Of a DNA stretch of 64,000 nt, positions 18,068 through 31,036 are shown piece after piece. This DNA is from Syncephalis fuscata S228. Its lineage: Eukaryota > Fungi > Zoopagomycota. Both the position numbers and the translations under genes were made by a program. The stretch lies in the NCBI GenBank assembly GCA_025786725.1, contig JAHLTZ010000040.1:116980-180979 (forward strand). Reading direction: 5' to 3'. How positions within the stretch are numbered: the stretch's first letter is position 1; each line of letters opens with the position of its first letter. Under the pieces are notes generated by a model that saw only the letters and a program-made list of their open reading frames with translations, did no database searches and was not told the origin of the DNA.

Positions 18068-19954
18068 TTAGACTGATAAATCAGTATTTTTTGTAGTATT
18101 TGTTATTGTTGGCCATTTAATTTGTGTAATAAGACGATCTATTTGCTCAAGTGTCTTTTCTGTAGGACGACCTTGTCTTTGGGCATATTGTAGACGCGGT
18201 ACCACATCTAATGTAGCCAATACACGAAGACGGCCTGCATAGTCAAGATTACTACGTATTTGTTGTGGTGCTGTTGATTGCGTCAATGTTGGATCAGTTT
18301 CGACAGTTGGATACTGATGATCAGTGGCACCACTACACCAAGCATCAAGCGCATCAACTACATGAGCTATTGTCGACAAATGGGATTCTTCAAGGCCAAG
18401 CGTAAGATACATAGGACCGGATAACTCGGCAAATTGTGTTATAGCTCCAGTAGCTTGTTCTTTACTCCATTGACTGGCCTCATTCTCATCTTGTAAAGTA
18501 CGCGTTGATCCATCATGGGCCAGCCATAGAATACGCGATAATATACGCCATGCTGTAGCACGTTGAGCAGCCACTGCACTACGAGCCAGTAACAGCAATT
18601 CTTCTATGGTATATCCAGCTTTATCTTGTTCTTTGCCATGATGGTGTAGTCCATGGTGGACAGGAACCTCACTGTTAGATAGAATAGGCTGTCCACGTAA
18701 ATCATATCGTGTTGTTGTTGTTGAAGATGATTCAGTATTCTCACCGCTCTCTTTACTTGTATCCAATGTTGTATCATCTGTATTACAAAGTAAACCATCC
18801 TTATTAATAATACCCATCCAGGCTAATTTATCTGCTTCTAATGGCACATCAGAAAAATAACGTTGTCGTAAAGTAATTGGATCTTCATCGTCTTGATTTT
18901 GTCTATTTTTAATTGGTATATCGGTTTGGTTATCACTAGGCGCCGTAGATGCCATCGATTCTATTTCACCAACAATCTCGACATCATCGTCGCTTTCTTT
19001 AACAATGCCAGAATTACTCGATAGCTGTTCTTCTTTTATATTAATGTTGTGTTGCGGAATAGTTGGCTTTATTGTAGTTATATGGCTTCCTCCCGGCCTT
19101 AATGCAGATACCAGCTGGTCTGCATAGTTACATCACTATCATTATGCTTATTTAAAGCACGTTGCGCTATTCGGTTCTCCATCCATGCTATACCAGTGTT
19201 GCCTAGACGTTCTTGCAAGTCGCCACTGCTTGTTCTATCTCTTCCTCGGTCATTGCTTCAATCTGGCTACGATTTTCACGATCGATTTCGGCGTAAACCG
19301 GATTGGTCGATGGATTTAAACTATGATTAATCGATTTAGGAAGCAAATCTGGCTCTGGAAATCCCGTAATAGTTGATAGAGGAATAACCTTGGGCGGCTG
19401 TTGTTGATCTGCAGCATTGGGTGTACGTTCTGTGATATCGGCTAATACAACGCCTTTATCTGTTCGTGTGGTCGATACAGTTGATGTCGACAATCCATGG
19501 TCGTCGGCCAATGAGCGTACACGTTCCAATAATGCCGCCTGTCGTTGAGCAAATACGATAATCCTCGCTTTGGCTGAGGCTCTGCACGACACTCCTTTGG
19601 CGATGGATGTGATTGAGCTGTAAACGCGTTGCTTTCTTTAATAGCTGGCGCTGTTTGCTGTGGCTTTGTAGCTGCTGGGACCAGTGGTGGCATCTCTTCT
19701 TCTTCTTCTTCGTACGTTTCGTTGTCATCGTCGATATGTACTATTGGCGATGGTACTTTGATAGGCGTTGCTTTTGGTATACGTTTTACTTGAGCAGCCG
19801 GCTTTACTTGTTCACGAATAAATGCCTCATGAAGAGCAAGTAGATCTTCTTCCGTTTGAACAGTATCTTTAAAACGTACCTGTACCCGACTCGGTTGTTG
19901 CTGTTGCTGCTTAGTGCGTGTAGCAGCAGACGATTCAGTTGGTAATTGCGACAT
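18068..19954 (-). CDS. RBA50: RNA polymerase II-associated protein RPAP1/Rba50 (apparent indel frameshifts)
   Basis: RPAP1_N EIDRENRSQIEAMTEEEIEQA; RPAP1_C RYDLRG..GLHHHGKEQDKAGYTIEELLLLARSAVAAQR. Confidence 0.88.
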
Positions 19955-20121
19955 GACAAGCAATTAATTGTAAAGTAAAGAAAACTATCAAAAACATTAA
20001 TTGCAATGTGATTTATTTTTATTTTTAACCAAAATATTACTCATATCAAATGTCAATACAGCCATATGGCGTATTATTAATAAAATAATATGTTTATTAA
20101 CAACAGCAATAATAATACTAA

Positions 20122-20752
20122 TTAAACATCGTTCATGGCAACATCATCGTTATGACTGTCGCCGTTTGCGTCTTCAGCCATATTATTGTCCGTATTTTCG
20201 CCATCTTCCTCCTCTTCCTCCTCTTCATTGTCATCATCCCGAGGAAGATGTTGTCGTACTGTGGCAAGCATCGTTTCTAATGCTTCCATGTCAAATCGTT
20301 CATCACATTCTTCAATCAGCTAGTAAAAATATATATTAACAAACTTGCTATACTAATAATAAATCAAAATAATTTACCATGTGGATTTCGACAATCTGAC
20401 GCGGCCGTATATTAATCATCTGTAGCTTTTCTGCCTTTGTAAGCGACCATGCTCCAAGTGCAGTTGTTAGCTGAACTACTTGTTCATCAGTTTGCGTCGA
20501 GCTAGGCGTATTATTTAGGTAATTAAGTGTCTAGCGTGTATAGCAGATGTAGTCGATGGTTAATATTTAAGCATGCTAGTATTATAGTATATAAACTTGC
20601 CTCAAATTCAACTGTTTTTACATTCTCGGCGATTTTTTTATTTTTGCGACTACCGTGGTATTTTCTTCTTCTCTTGCTGAGTGCTGCTGTTTTAGAACAG
20701 TAAGCACTTCGTAATTAGACAAAAGTGCTGAGCGCGATTCTACAATTTCCAT
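20122..20752 (-). CDS. RPC17: RNA polymerase III subunit RPC9/Rpc17 (CRCP), 3 exons; missed by ORF track
   Basis: MEIVESRSALLSNYEVLTVLKQ..TVEFE|TLNYL..LTKAEKLQMINIRPRQIVEIHM|LIEECDERF. Confidence 0.9.
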
Positions 20753-21116
20753 GATGTGTTGTTGTTTAATGAATTAAACTGAAAATAAAATATAAAAACT
20801 GTTGCAAGCTTTTTATTTTGCAATAATAATATGTTTACGATTTCATTTGCTTTGTGTAAAGTAGCACCTATTCATTGATAATTTTATTACTGAAATGTAC
20901 AATTTATTGGTAATTTGATATGATTTGTAGCTTAATTGCGCAAACGCTATTAAACATAATTATTAAACACTAGAATGATAATAAATTGTATAATAATATT
21001 AAATGGTACACAAATGTTATATGATTTACAATTTTATTCAACTTAATAAGCATGTAGCAAAGCCCGCAATCTTTTAAAAATAAAAAATAATAGTAAACAG
21101 TGTAATTCTAAACTAA

Positions 21117-21866
21117 TCAAACTTGAGCAATACGCCGCGCAATTTTGCGTTGGAAAAAGTATTGTAGTTTGCGACGACGCCAATAAATTAATAGAAGGGT
21201 GCCAATGGCAATAAAAATATTAAATGTCTATAAAAATAACAATTAGTTTGACCATTAGCTATTTAAAATTATACATACCTGGAATTTGAAAAATCTACTC
21301 TTTTCTAGTCGTTTTACTACGACACAGCTACGGAAAGATGGTTTAGGTCCAAGCGATTTCGATGGTGGTGGATCCAGCGGCTTACAATTGATCGGCTCTT
21401 TGTTACCCGTCTTTTGACATATTGCTTCTGTTTTCTATAGTGCACAAGTGTTGACATATTTATATAAGTTGCTAATAACATAATAAATCTATGACAACTT
21501 ACCTGTTCAAATGATGTGCATAAATCACATGGTCCAACCGGATAGCAATCATATCCATATTCTGGATCATCAGTCCCGTCCTGGCCGCTGCCGTTATTGC
21601 GTGTTGTTACTGCCGAAGACGTATCAGTATTATCGCCAGATTTAATTAACTGTTCGTCATCCCGTTTGGAAATATCACTATTATTATTAAGTAACGACAA
21701 GTAGTTAGTATAAATAAGCATCTACAGTATTTATATTTCAACTACCTATTTAAAGTCGTGGAATCTTCATTGTTATAAGAATATTTAACAAGTAAGATAC
21801 CTACTATGAACGTGACAAGTACTAACAGTAACAAGTCAGTATGGGCTTTCGTCGTAACATAATCAT
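21117..21866 (-). CDS. Small single-pass membrane protein with Cys-rich ectodomain, JTB-like
   Basis: Spliced: CYPVGPCDLCTSFEQ|KTEAICQKTGNKEPINC..FRSC..FFKFQ|TFNIFIAIGTLLLIYWRRRKL; hydrophobic N-terminus with an apparent indel. Confidence 0.6.
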
Positions 21867-22272
21867 TGTAGATGAAGAACTAAGTGCTATCGGGAAACAG
21901 GTAAAGAAGAAGATAACGGTGTGAATTAATTTATTGCGATCAATACTGGAAAGAGATATAAAGGAGGTGATCAATCTCTTAAAATGCCATATTAATTTTA
22001 TGGTGGATGGCTTTTCATTTCTTAAATCTATCAATTTATTGCTTGTGGTGTTCTACGATACTGATGTTTACTTATTGTAACTATTCATACTGCATTTGCG
22101 TTTGATTGTTAATAAGTTCTATAATATGTTAATAATTGATGTTAAATAGCACTTGGTTTTACTTTATTTATCTATTTATTAATAATATGTTCTATGCCAT
22201 ACTAACTAACATCTTGGATAGAAATTTTATTATTTACACTCCATTTATTTATTAATAAATTAAATTCGCGTC

Positions 22273-24530
22273 TTTATAGTATTGACTGACAGGCTCCACA
22301 TCTTACAATCTACGTCATCACATTCCATTTATCTTTCTTCACACTTGATAGTATATATCCATTGTATATGATTGTACATTTCATATATACCAATTAGATA
22401 GTGCCAGTAGTAGACTAACTACTAGTCGAATATATACACTTGTTATATCACTGTACTTTAATCTTATCTTTCTTGTAAGTTACATTCATCACTCGTATAT
22501 TGGTACTAACGCATTCATTGGCATAATAACTGTGTTTCAGCTTTGTTTTATGCTCCTTTGGCTATGTGCGCTTTCATTTTTTCAGCAATTACCTTTTATT
22601 TTCTTCATTATTTAAAAAATGCCATTTGTTAACATGTCTCAAGCACTGGTGTTTTTAGCGCAACAATTAGTGTTAGTTTTTACATGATTAACTCGGCATG
22701 TTGTGCAATATAATTTAGTAATCCTATTGTTGTGTTGCCATGTATTGGTTTATTTGATCTTAAAATAAACTTGAAATAAAGCTTTTTACTACAATAATTG
22801 AATATAACTCAACATCAGTAAAGGTAGCTAAACATAAACATTGCCCTATGCTTGTTATTAAATAACTGGTTTATAGAATTACGTTTATACACAAATACAA
22901 ATGCCAGTGCAAGCTGACTACTTACCATGTTTTGTAACAAAAAAATAAAATAGCTTGTGTAATGTGGTCACCACTTCTGACTCTACTGCTGCGCTAAACG
23001 TTGCTAAGCCTTTGAATGTGTTTTTCCGACAGCTAAGCATATATTTACCACGCTCAAACATGTGACAATACAATCTCGGCAATAGGTGAATAAGCGTTGT
23101 ATTTCAAGAAGAATAAAATCGAACATTCCTGGTCTATTTTTATTTTTGCATTCTATTGGTCTGTGTCTATTCTTGATAGCGACCATTTAGCTTTTTAAAG
23201 CCCGAAAACACCAACATCTAGATTGATCATTGTGTTAATCGTGTGATAGACTACTACACATCGTGGCTGGCACGGCAATCTTAATGCGGATTGCTACACG
23301 TCACCCACCTTTGTTGTATCACCATTACTGCAGCCACTTTCCAACAATCTATGTTCCAGCTACAATGGCATGAGCAAACTGTTGACAGCTGTGTATGATT
23401 AACAGATATACACTAGTTATTGTAGATATACTGTATTGTTACTGTTAATAAAATAATGACATGTATATTAATTGCGCAAATATTTACGAATGTGTGAAAA
23501 AATAGCATAAAAATAGAACTTTGACAAGAACTAATGTAGAATGGATTTTGTTACAAATTTGGTAGTCGTAAGATACCTTTGTTCGTAGAATCGCAAAGTT
23601 AAACGGCAGCTTAGCAAAGGCAATGCTAAAAATAAATTTGGATGTACAGCAAAATGATGCATCATTACACAAAGCGGAAACCAGTCCTAATTCAATGGGC
23701 AATATTGATGTTTGTCAAGCGAGTAGGAAATGCTAATTTATGTATAAAAGCAGGACATGATTTGAAGTAAATTGTTAGTTCTTTACTACACAACAAGCAT
23801 CTTGCATTGAACATTCATTCATTCATTCATTGTCTATAACAATTGTTTATTCTGCTATCTAGCACTTTCTGCATTCAAGCTACAATCAAAACAACTCATT
23901 CATCATGGTCCGTGCTGCTTTCATTAAAACTGCCTTGGTCCTCGCTGTTGGTGCCGCACTAAGCGTTGAAGCATTCCCAAATAAGCCTTATGGTCAACAT
24001 AATGGTCAATATTATGGCCAGAAAGGATCAATTGGTCTTGGTGACACCTGCAATAATAATGACATTAACCGCTTGTGCCGAACAGATCAACAACCATTAA
24101 AATGTTTACCTAGAACTACCGGAGGTATTTCATTCTGCGTTACGGTTTCTCAGCTTGGTCAAACTTGTAACGAGAACGCCCTATGCGCTGGTAATTTGAA
24201 GTGTTCTGTTGGATTATTCCAAGGAAACGGTGTCTGCGTTCAAACCTACCGGCCTCCAACAACCTATTAATCGGTTTAAGCTTAATACTTTGATTTGTTA
24301 ATAAAAGAAGTGTTTTATACAATTGCTGTCTTTATTTATATCATCAATCAAATAATAATAGTGCCATTTATATGCTACTGACTTTTTTACCATAGGATTA
24401 TTATATATAATTGGTAGTTTTTGCTATAAAGGTACTACTATTATTAATAGTTGTTGGTCTTTTACTTGGTAATAATTATTTATTCATATCCTATGTGCAG
24501 ACTTATCATTTAATTTGTATTACGATATTA
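22273..24530 (+). repeat. Tandem duplication unit copy 1 (upstream region + secreted Cys-rich gene + 3' flank)
   Basis: Matches 25531-27735 at an offset of about 3258 nt; both start tttatagtattgactgacaggctcc. Confidence 0.95.
23905..24270 (+). CDS. Small secreted cysteine-rich protein A (121 aa, 8 Cys), effector/toxin-like
   Basis: Signal peptide MVRAAFIKTALVLAVGAALSVEA; two GxxC..C..LxC..C modules; TATAAAAG at about 23743; intronless. Confidence 0.9.
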   Translation: MVRAAFIKTALVLAVGAALSVEAFPNKPYGQHNGQYYGQKGSIGLGDTCNNNDINRLCRTDQQPLKCLPRTTGGISFCVTVSQLGQTCNENALCAGNLKCSVGLFQGNGVCVQTYRPPTTY

Positions 24531-24834
24531 TAAAAAAATAATATTTGTTTATTAAATAAAGATAGCTTTTGAAAACATTAAGGAATTATTAAACCGTTCG
24601 ATGTGATTTGATAATGTCCGTGTAGTTAAATTAAACGTTCATTCTATTAAATATAAAGCTGGGTGGTGAACAATGTTACTGATAAAATCGTCTGATTGCA
24701 TCGTAGTGGAACACCATATTTGACTGACATAATGTGTGTGTGTGTGAAATCCATGTTCTGGATTCCTTTCTCTTTACCACACATTCGCACAGACTACCTT
24801 TTCTACCAAACAACAGCTGTATATTCTATTCCTT

Positions 24835-25298
24835 ATGTCTATTCGTGCCGACTCGACCTTTGAGCCTCGTGAGGAAGACGACGGGTTTTTTGCGCCCCAA
24901 CAAAAGTGCACTACTATTACCGGGACAGCTGCTGCGCTCTTACGGATAAAGAGCTTATTATCTATTCGTATTTCGCCCCGGGTATCTCCAAAACACTTGC
25001 GTTAAGTGATATCGAATCGGCATATACTGACCGCGAGTTGGACCTGCCCTGGTTCTCGCGAAAGTTCAACGGGCTATCGAGCGACGGATCCACTTGGTGG
25101 GCACTTGACTGGCACCGTAGTTTGCCCTTTATCAAGGAGGCGCGCGACTGTGTGTTGGTCACTGTAAAGAACGATTGGTTGCGCAAAGGCTTTTCTGTTG
25201 AAGATTCAAAACGATTCATGGTACTACTTCGTGATGCAATCAAGCAAGTACGCAAAAACACCACTATGGAACGTCATAACACTGGTCAGTCGATTTGA
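24835..25298 (+). CDS. Intronless 154-aa uncharacterised protein, possibly PH-like fold (1-nt deletion near 24900 in this copy)
   Basis: Intact mirror ORF at 63154-63618; motif pattern YRD..LT..LII..YF.PG.SK.L.LSDI..WWALD..R. Confidence 0.75.
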
Positions 25299-25530
25299 AC
25301 AAACTGATTAAATTGTATTTAGTTAAATGTTTATACTTGCAGTAATGGCTATATATTTTATACATGTTTATTCTATTGTTTATATGTACAATGTTCTATA
25401 ATAATGCTATTTAGTGTTAAATAAGATTTATATTCATTACATTATTACATTTAATTTATTTTATGATATACCGACTTGTATAGTTTGGCTTTATTATTCA
25501 CCCTTCGCTTGCTACCATTTTATTTAAGTT

Positions 25531-27735
25531 TTTATAGTATTGACTGACAGGCTCCACATCTTACAATCTACGTCATCACATTCCATTTATCTTTCTTCAC
25601 ACTTGATAGTATATATCCATTGTATATGACTGTACATTTCATATATACTAATTAGATAGTGCCAGTAGTAGACTAACTACTAGTCAAGTATATACAGTCG
25701 TTATATCACTGTACTTTAATCTTATCTTTCTTGTAAGTTACATTCACCACTCGTATATTGGTACTAACGCGTTCATTGGCATAATAACTGTGTTTCAGCT
25801 TTGTTTTATGTTCCTTTGGCTATGTGCGCTTTCATTTTTTCAGCAATTACCTTTTATTTTCTTCATTATTTAAAAAATGCCATTTGTTAATATGTCTCAA
25901 GCACTGGTGTTTTTAGCGCAACAATTAGTGTTAGTTTTTACATGATTAACTCGGCATGTTGTGCAATATAATTTAGCAATCCTATTGTTGTGTTGCCATA
26001 TATTGGTTTATTTGATTTTAAAATAAACTTGAATAAAGCTTTTTACTACAATAATTGAATATAACTCAACATCAGTAAAGGTAGCTAAACATAAACATTG
26101 CCCTATGCTTGTTATTAAATAACTGGTTTATAGAATTACGTTTATACACAAATACAAATGCCAGTGCAAGCTGACTACTTACCATGTTTTGTAACAAAAA
26201 AATAAAATAGCTTGTGTAATGTGGTCACCACTTCTGACTCTACTGCTGCGCTAAACGTTGCTAAGCCTTTGAATGTGTTTTTCCGACAGCTAAGCATATA
26301 TTTACCACGCTCAAACATGTGACAATACAATCTCGGCAATAGGTGAATAAGCGTTGTATTTCAAGAAGAATAAAATCGAACATTCCTGGTCTATTTTTAT
26401 TTTTGCATTCTATTGGCCTGTGTCCATTCTTGATAGCGACCATTTAGCTTTTTAAAGCCCGAAAACACCAACATCTAGATTGATCATTGTGTTAATCGTG
26501 TGATAGACTACTACACATCGTGGCTGGCACGGCAATCTTAATGCGGATTGCTACACGTCACCCACCTTTGTTGTATCACCATTACTGCAGCCACTTTCCA
26601 ACAATCTATGTTCCAGCTACAATGGCATGAGCAAACTGTTGACAGCTGTGTATGATAACAGATATACACTAGTTATTGTAGATATACTGTATTGTACTGT
26701 TAATAAAATAATACATGTATATTAATTGCGCAAATATTTACGAATGTGTGAAAAAATAGCATAAAAATAGAACTTTGACAAGAACTAATGTAGAATGGAT
26801 TTTGTTACAAATTTGGTAGTCGTGAGATATTTTTGTCCGCCGAGTCGCAAAATTGATGCTAAAAATAAAATATGGATGGATAGCAACTGCTACGTCATTG
26901 TACAAAGCGGAAAATAGTCTTAAATGTGGTGAATGATGTTGACACTGCAAGCAAGTAGGAAATGTTAATTTACGTATAAAAGCAGGACATGATTTGAAGT
27001 AAATTGTTAGTTCTTTACTACACAACAAGCATCTTGCATTGAACATTCATTCATTCATTCATTGTCTATAACAATTGTTTATTCTGCTATCTAGCACTTT
27101 CTGCATTCAAGCTACAATCAAAACAACTCATTATCATGGTCCGTGCTGCTTTCATTAAAACTGCCTTGGTCCTCGCTGTTGGTGCCGCACTAAGCGTTGA
27201 AGCATTCCCAAATAAGTCTTACCAGCCGGAGTATGTTGGTCTTGGTGAACGCTGTGGTTACTCTGGCAATCTTTACCGTCAATGTCGAGAAGATCAAAAC
27301 CTGGTCTGCACCAACAGACCAAACACAAGTGATACTTACTGTGTTTTGAATTCCAAAGAGGGTGGTGCCTGTGACGAAAACCACATATGTCCTCCCTGGT
27401 TGTACTGCACTGTTGCGCCATTCCAAGGAACCGGCGTTTGCGCCCGATACACTCAACCTCCTAAAACCTATTAATTGGTTTAACATTCAAACTGTCATCT
27501 CTTAATAAAAAAGCTGTTTGTTCAGCTACTGTTTTTAGCTTATTTATATTAGTAGCAAGATAACGTACCATTTATAATCTACTAATGTTTTTATCATAGA
27601 ATCATTATATTTAATTGGTAGCTATTTCTATAAAAAGAATTGTTATTATATAACAATTCAATGGCTTTTTAATTAGCAATAATTTATCTATTTATATCCT
27701 ATGTGCAATACTTGATATTTAATTTGTATTACAAT
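25531..27735 (+). repeat. Tandem duplication unit copy 2
   Basis: Matches 22273-24530; an inverted third copy lies at about 60710-62921. Confidence 0.95.
27136..27474 (+). CDS. Small secreted cysteine-rich protein B (112 aa, 8 Cys)
   Basis: First 27 codons identical to 23905; same Cys framework; C-terminus PPKTY vs PPTTY. Confidence 0.9.
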   Translation: MVRAAFIKTALVLAVGAALSVEAFPNKSYQPEYVGLGERCGYSGNLYRQCREDQNLVCTNRPNTSDTYCVLNSKEGGACDENHICPPWLYCTVAPFQGTGVCARYTQPPKTY

Positions 27736-28458
27736 ATTATTATATACACAGTTTTTTAATTTCACCATAATAAATTGCTCATTTTTAAATTTATTTAGTA
27801 AATAAATCATATTTTTATTTGCTTACACTTCATTTTTTGTACTATATTTTTGAGTTCATTTGCCACATATATCATTGAAAGTTTTTAAAAGTAAAACACA
27901 ATTACATTGTTGTTAATATTGTTACAAGTAACTAAACTACTTAAATAAAGATTTAATTAAGATTGCTGCATTTATTGTAGTTAACTTTTTTCCATCAAGT
28001 TTTTTAGCTTTGTAACTTTTATTATTCAACATTATTATAAATACACAATACTGTTACTCAAACAATAATAAAGATGCTTTTATAATCTAATTTATTTTAG
28101 TTTATATCAAAATTTATACAATCATAACTTTTGTTATAAATATGTTAATTAAGCTATTGTTATAAGTTAAAGTCATTTAATATTAATAATATTTTTATTA
28201 AATTGATATCAAAATATTTAATTAACTACTATATATTTTTATTTTTTAAAATTTTATTCAATGTATTAAACATAATAATAGGCGATGGATGATATCAATC
28301 ATCAAAATACTCATCATTATATGATTTTATAGTATAAATTATTTATAAATTTAATTTGTTTAGTTTATTGAATCATTTATACAAACAATATAATCTTGCT
28401 ATTAACACTTGTATTATATATAACAAATATACGCTTCATTTATTATTATTATCATTAT

Positions 28459-29089
28459 TTAACTGCCACGATATGTGCTATATGAATAGGGACTTAATAA
28501 CAACGGAATGTGGTAGTGGTCTTCTGGTGCAGTCAATTCAAATACAATCTATATCATCCATATTAATTAGTTTATAAACATCAACGCTATATCTATTTAC
28601 CTGAACAAATGGATAAAAACACTTTTCATTAAATTGTGCATAATAAGCTTTAGTATCAAAAGTAACACGATAACATCCAGGCTGAAGTGTATCGCCACTT
28701 TTTGTTAGTCCTGGACAACGACCATCTTGATTAGTTAGACTAACACCATCCACAATACATCAATGCGAATTATTTATAAACACTAGTATTAACTTACGTT
28801 GTTCCTAAAACAGCCCAAGCTACTGCTTCCGCATGACTAGTAACAGATAAACCCGTATATTCCAACAAAACCGGAAGATTGGCAGCTGGTCGACCACGTC
28901 CGGTATCAAGAACGTGTGACGTAATAGGCGGTTGAGCAGAAGAACCCGACATGACAGACTTTGCACTCTATAAAAGCCAGTTTGAAAGTCAGTATCATAT
29001 AATATATATGCTATATACTATATACTATATGGACCTACTAAATGTTCACGATATTGTTCAAGACGTGGCTGTGTACGAGAGTTACTCAT
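28459..29089 (-). CDS. URAH: 5-hydroxyisourate hydrolase (transthyretin-like) with N-terminal PTS2, 4 exons
   Basis: PITSHVLDTGRGRPAANL, TNQDGRC, FYPFV, HYHIPLLLSPYSYSTYRGS*; first exon MSNSRTQPRLEQYREHL. Confidence 0.95.
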
Positions 29090-29212
29090 ATCAACACAAT
29101 AAAAGAATAAACGATTGAAGGAATAAACGAGTATAATGTTGTTTTCACACTCTCTTTTAAATCACAACGCGCCCACGCGCTTCATTAAAACCAAAGATCA
29201 GCAAATAACCCA

Positions 29213-30408
29213 ATGTCAACGGCCAATGCCCGAAGTGTACTTAAACGGGCCCGTCTAGCCCGAGAACAACAACGAAAAGAAGGTTCTAGTCGCGATGATG
29301 GTGATCACGACACTACAGAACCCATTCAAGAATCGAGGCGTATTCAATCGCCATTAGCCCGCTATGATACACAAGGCCGTCTCAGCTGTGCTATTTGCAA
29401 AGTAGTTATAAAGTCATCGGTAGATTGGCCTGCTCATTTAACATCCAATAGTCATCAAGCAACAATAGAGCAATTACGCAAACTTAAACGCTCCTCTACC
29501 GAGAAAAACACTTTTAACCAAGAAGAAGAAACAAGCGAACCAAAGAAGCTAAAGACATCGAAGGATACATTTACCGCACCACGACCTATTTCTAAGCGCA
29601 AGATTACTTCTTCTTCTCTACCGTAGATCATAGTACATCAATCTCTTCAGTATCAATTGAGTCTATTAAAACAGAAGATACATCAACTGTTAAACGAAAG
29701 CGTATTCATAAATCAAATACTGATGAAATGGAATCAGATACAATTTATATGGAATTAAATGAACATGATCAGACTACAACGAACGTAGACGAATTGGATA
29801 GTAAACATCAATTACCGGCCAATTTCTTTGATACAACACCAGTCAATGATGAATCTGTTAATGTAAATACTACAAACAATACACAACATTTACCCAAAGG
29901 ATTCTTTGATAATGCTAGTCAAGAGGATAAAGTAAGACGTGAACTTGGTATAGATGCCACATCTACGGCTACACCACTATCACAAGATACAATGGATCTA
30001 GAATGGAAGCGATTTCAACAAGCACTTGGTGATACAACAACAACAACAACAACACAGAGTATAACACAAGCAATGGCACCATCAATAGAACCATCTATTA
30101 AAACCGAACCACAAGAAAAGGAAGAACAAGAACAAGAAGAACAAAATAATAATGACTTGAATCCACTGGCATTACTTCAACGCAGATGGGAAGATGAAGA
30201 AGAACAAATGCAAGACTGGAGAGATCGATTGGATGTGTTACAATTGCGTGCAGCAGAGACACGTTCACGATTAGTAACCACTACTACTATAACAAGTAGT
30301 ACACTTCAACAGAATACAGATATGAATGAAGATGAAGATGATAGTGAAGATGAAGATATTGATTTAGATAATTTATTATTGGATTGGAGAACACAGCAAC
30401 TAAAATGA
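29213..30408 (+). CDS. ZNF830: ZNF830/CCDC16-like zinc-finger splicing factor (1-nt deletion near 29617 in this copy)
   Basis: IQSPLARYDTQGRLSCAICKVVIKS..WPAHL..SH, LPKGFFD, EWKRFQ, acidic tail ending DWR. Confidence 0.8.
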
Positions 30409-30481
30409 AATGAAAAGTTGTAATTGCAAAATCGTAATAATAATAATAATAATAAAATAAAAATATATCCATTTAGATCAT

Positions 30482-31000
30482 TTATGAATGATGATAATAA
30501 GATCGATGTGATCCATGACTATCATTATTATTGTTACTATTATTGTTATTACTGTTATGGTGGTTATTATTATTATGTCGATAGTGTCGATATCCACTAT
30601 GTTGTTGATGATGACCTCTTCCTCGATGAGATGTATCATATCGATGTTGGGTTGATGTATATGAATACTGATTGGATGGTGTATCTTCATTATAATTAGG
30701 CCGATAATCACTATTCATAGTATTCTTGTAGTTATGAGAAGAGAAACGACGAACCGATCTAGATTGATGTTGTTCTTGTTCATTACTATGATGGCTGTTG
30801 TTGTTGTTGTTGTTGTTACTATGATCATAGTAATTATAGTTACTATTGGATGGATGTCTTGGTGGTGGTGGTGGTTGATATGTGTGGTGGTAATTAGATC
30901 TTGTATCGGCCGTAGATGACATATCCGTATCATGATAATTACTATTCATATTACTATTCAAGTTACTATTCGTACTATTTAGGTTATTATTATTATTTAG

Positions 31001-31036
<36 letters not shown>

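Noticed and set aside
23004-23186. 60-aa ORF repeated three times (also 26261 and 62008)
   Set aside because: Recurs only because the non-coding upstream DNA is duplicated; no coding hallmarks.
27500-28450. Extremely AT-rich block of about 0.95 kb (origin or centromere candidate)
   Set aside because: No repeat or motif structure; ordinary region between convergent genes. Differences from its mirror (60000-60960) look like read errors.
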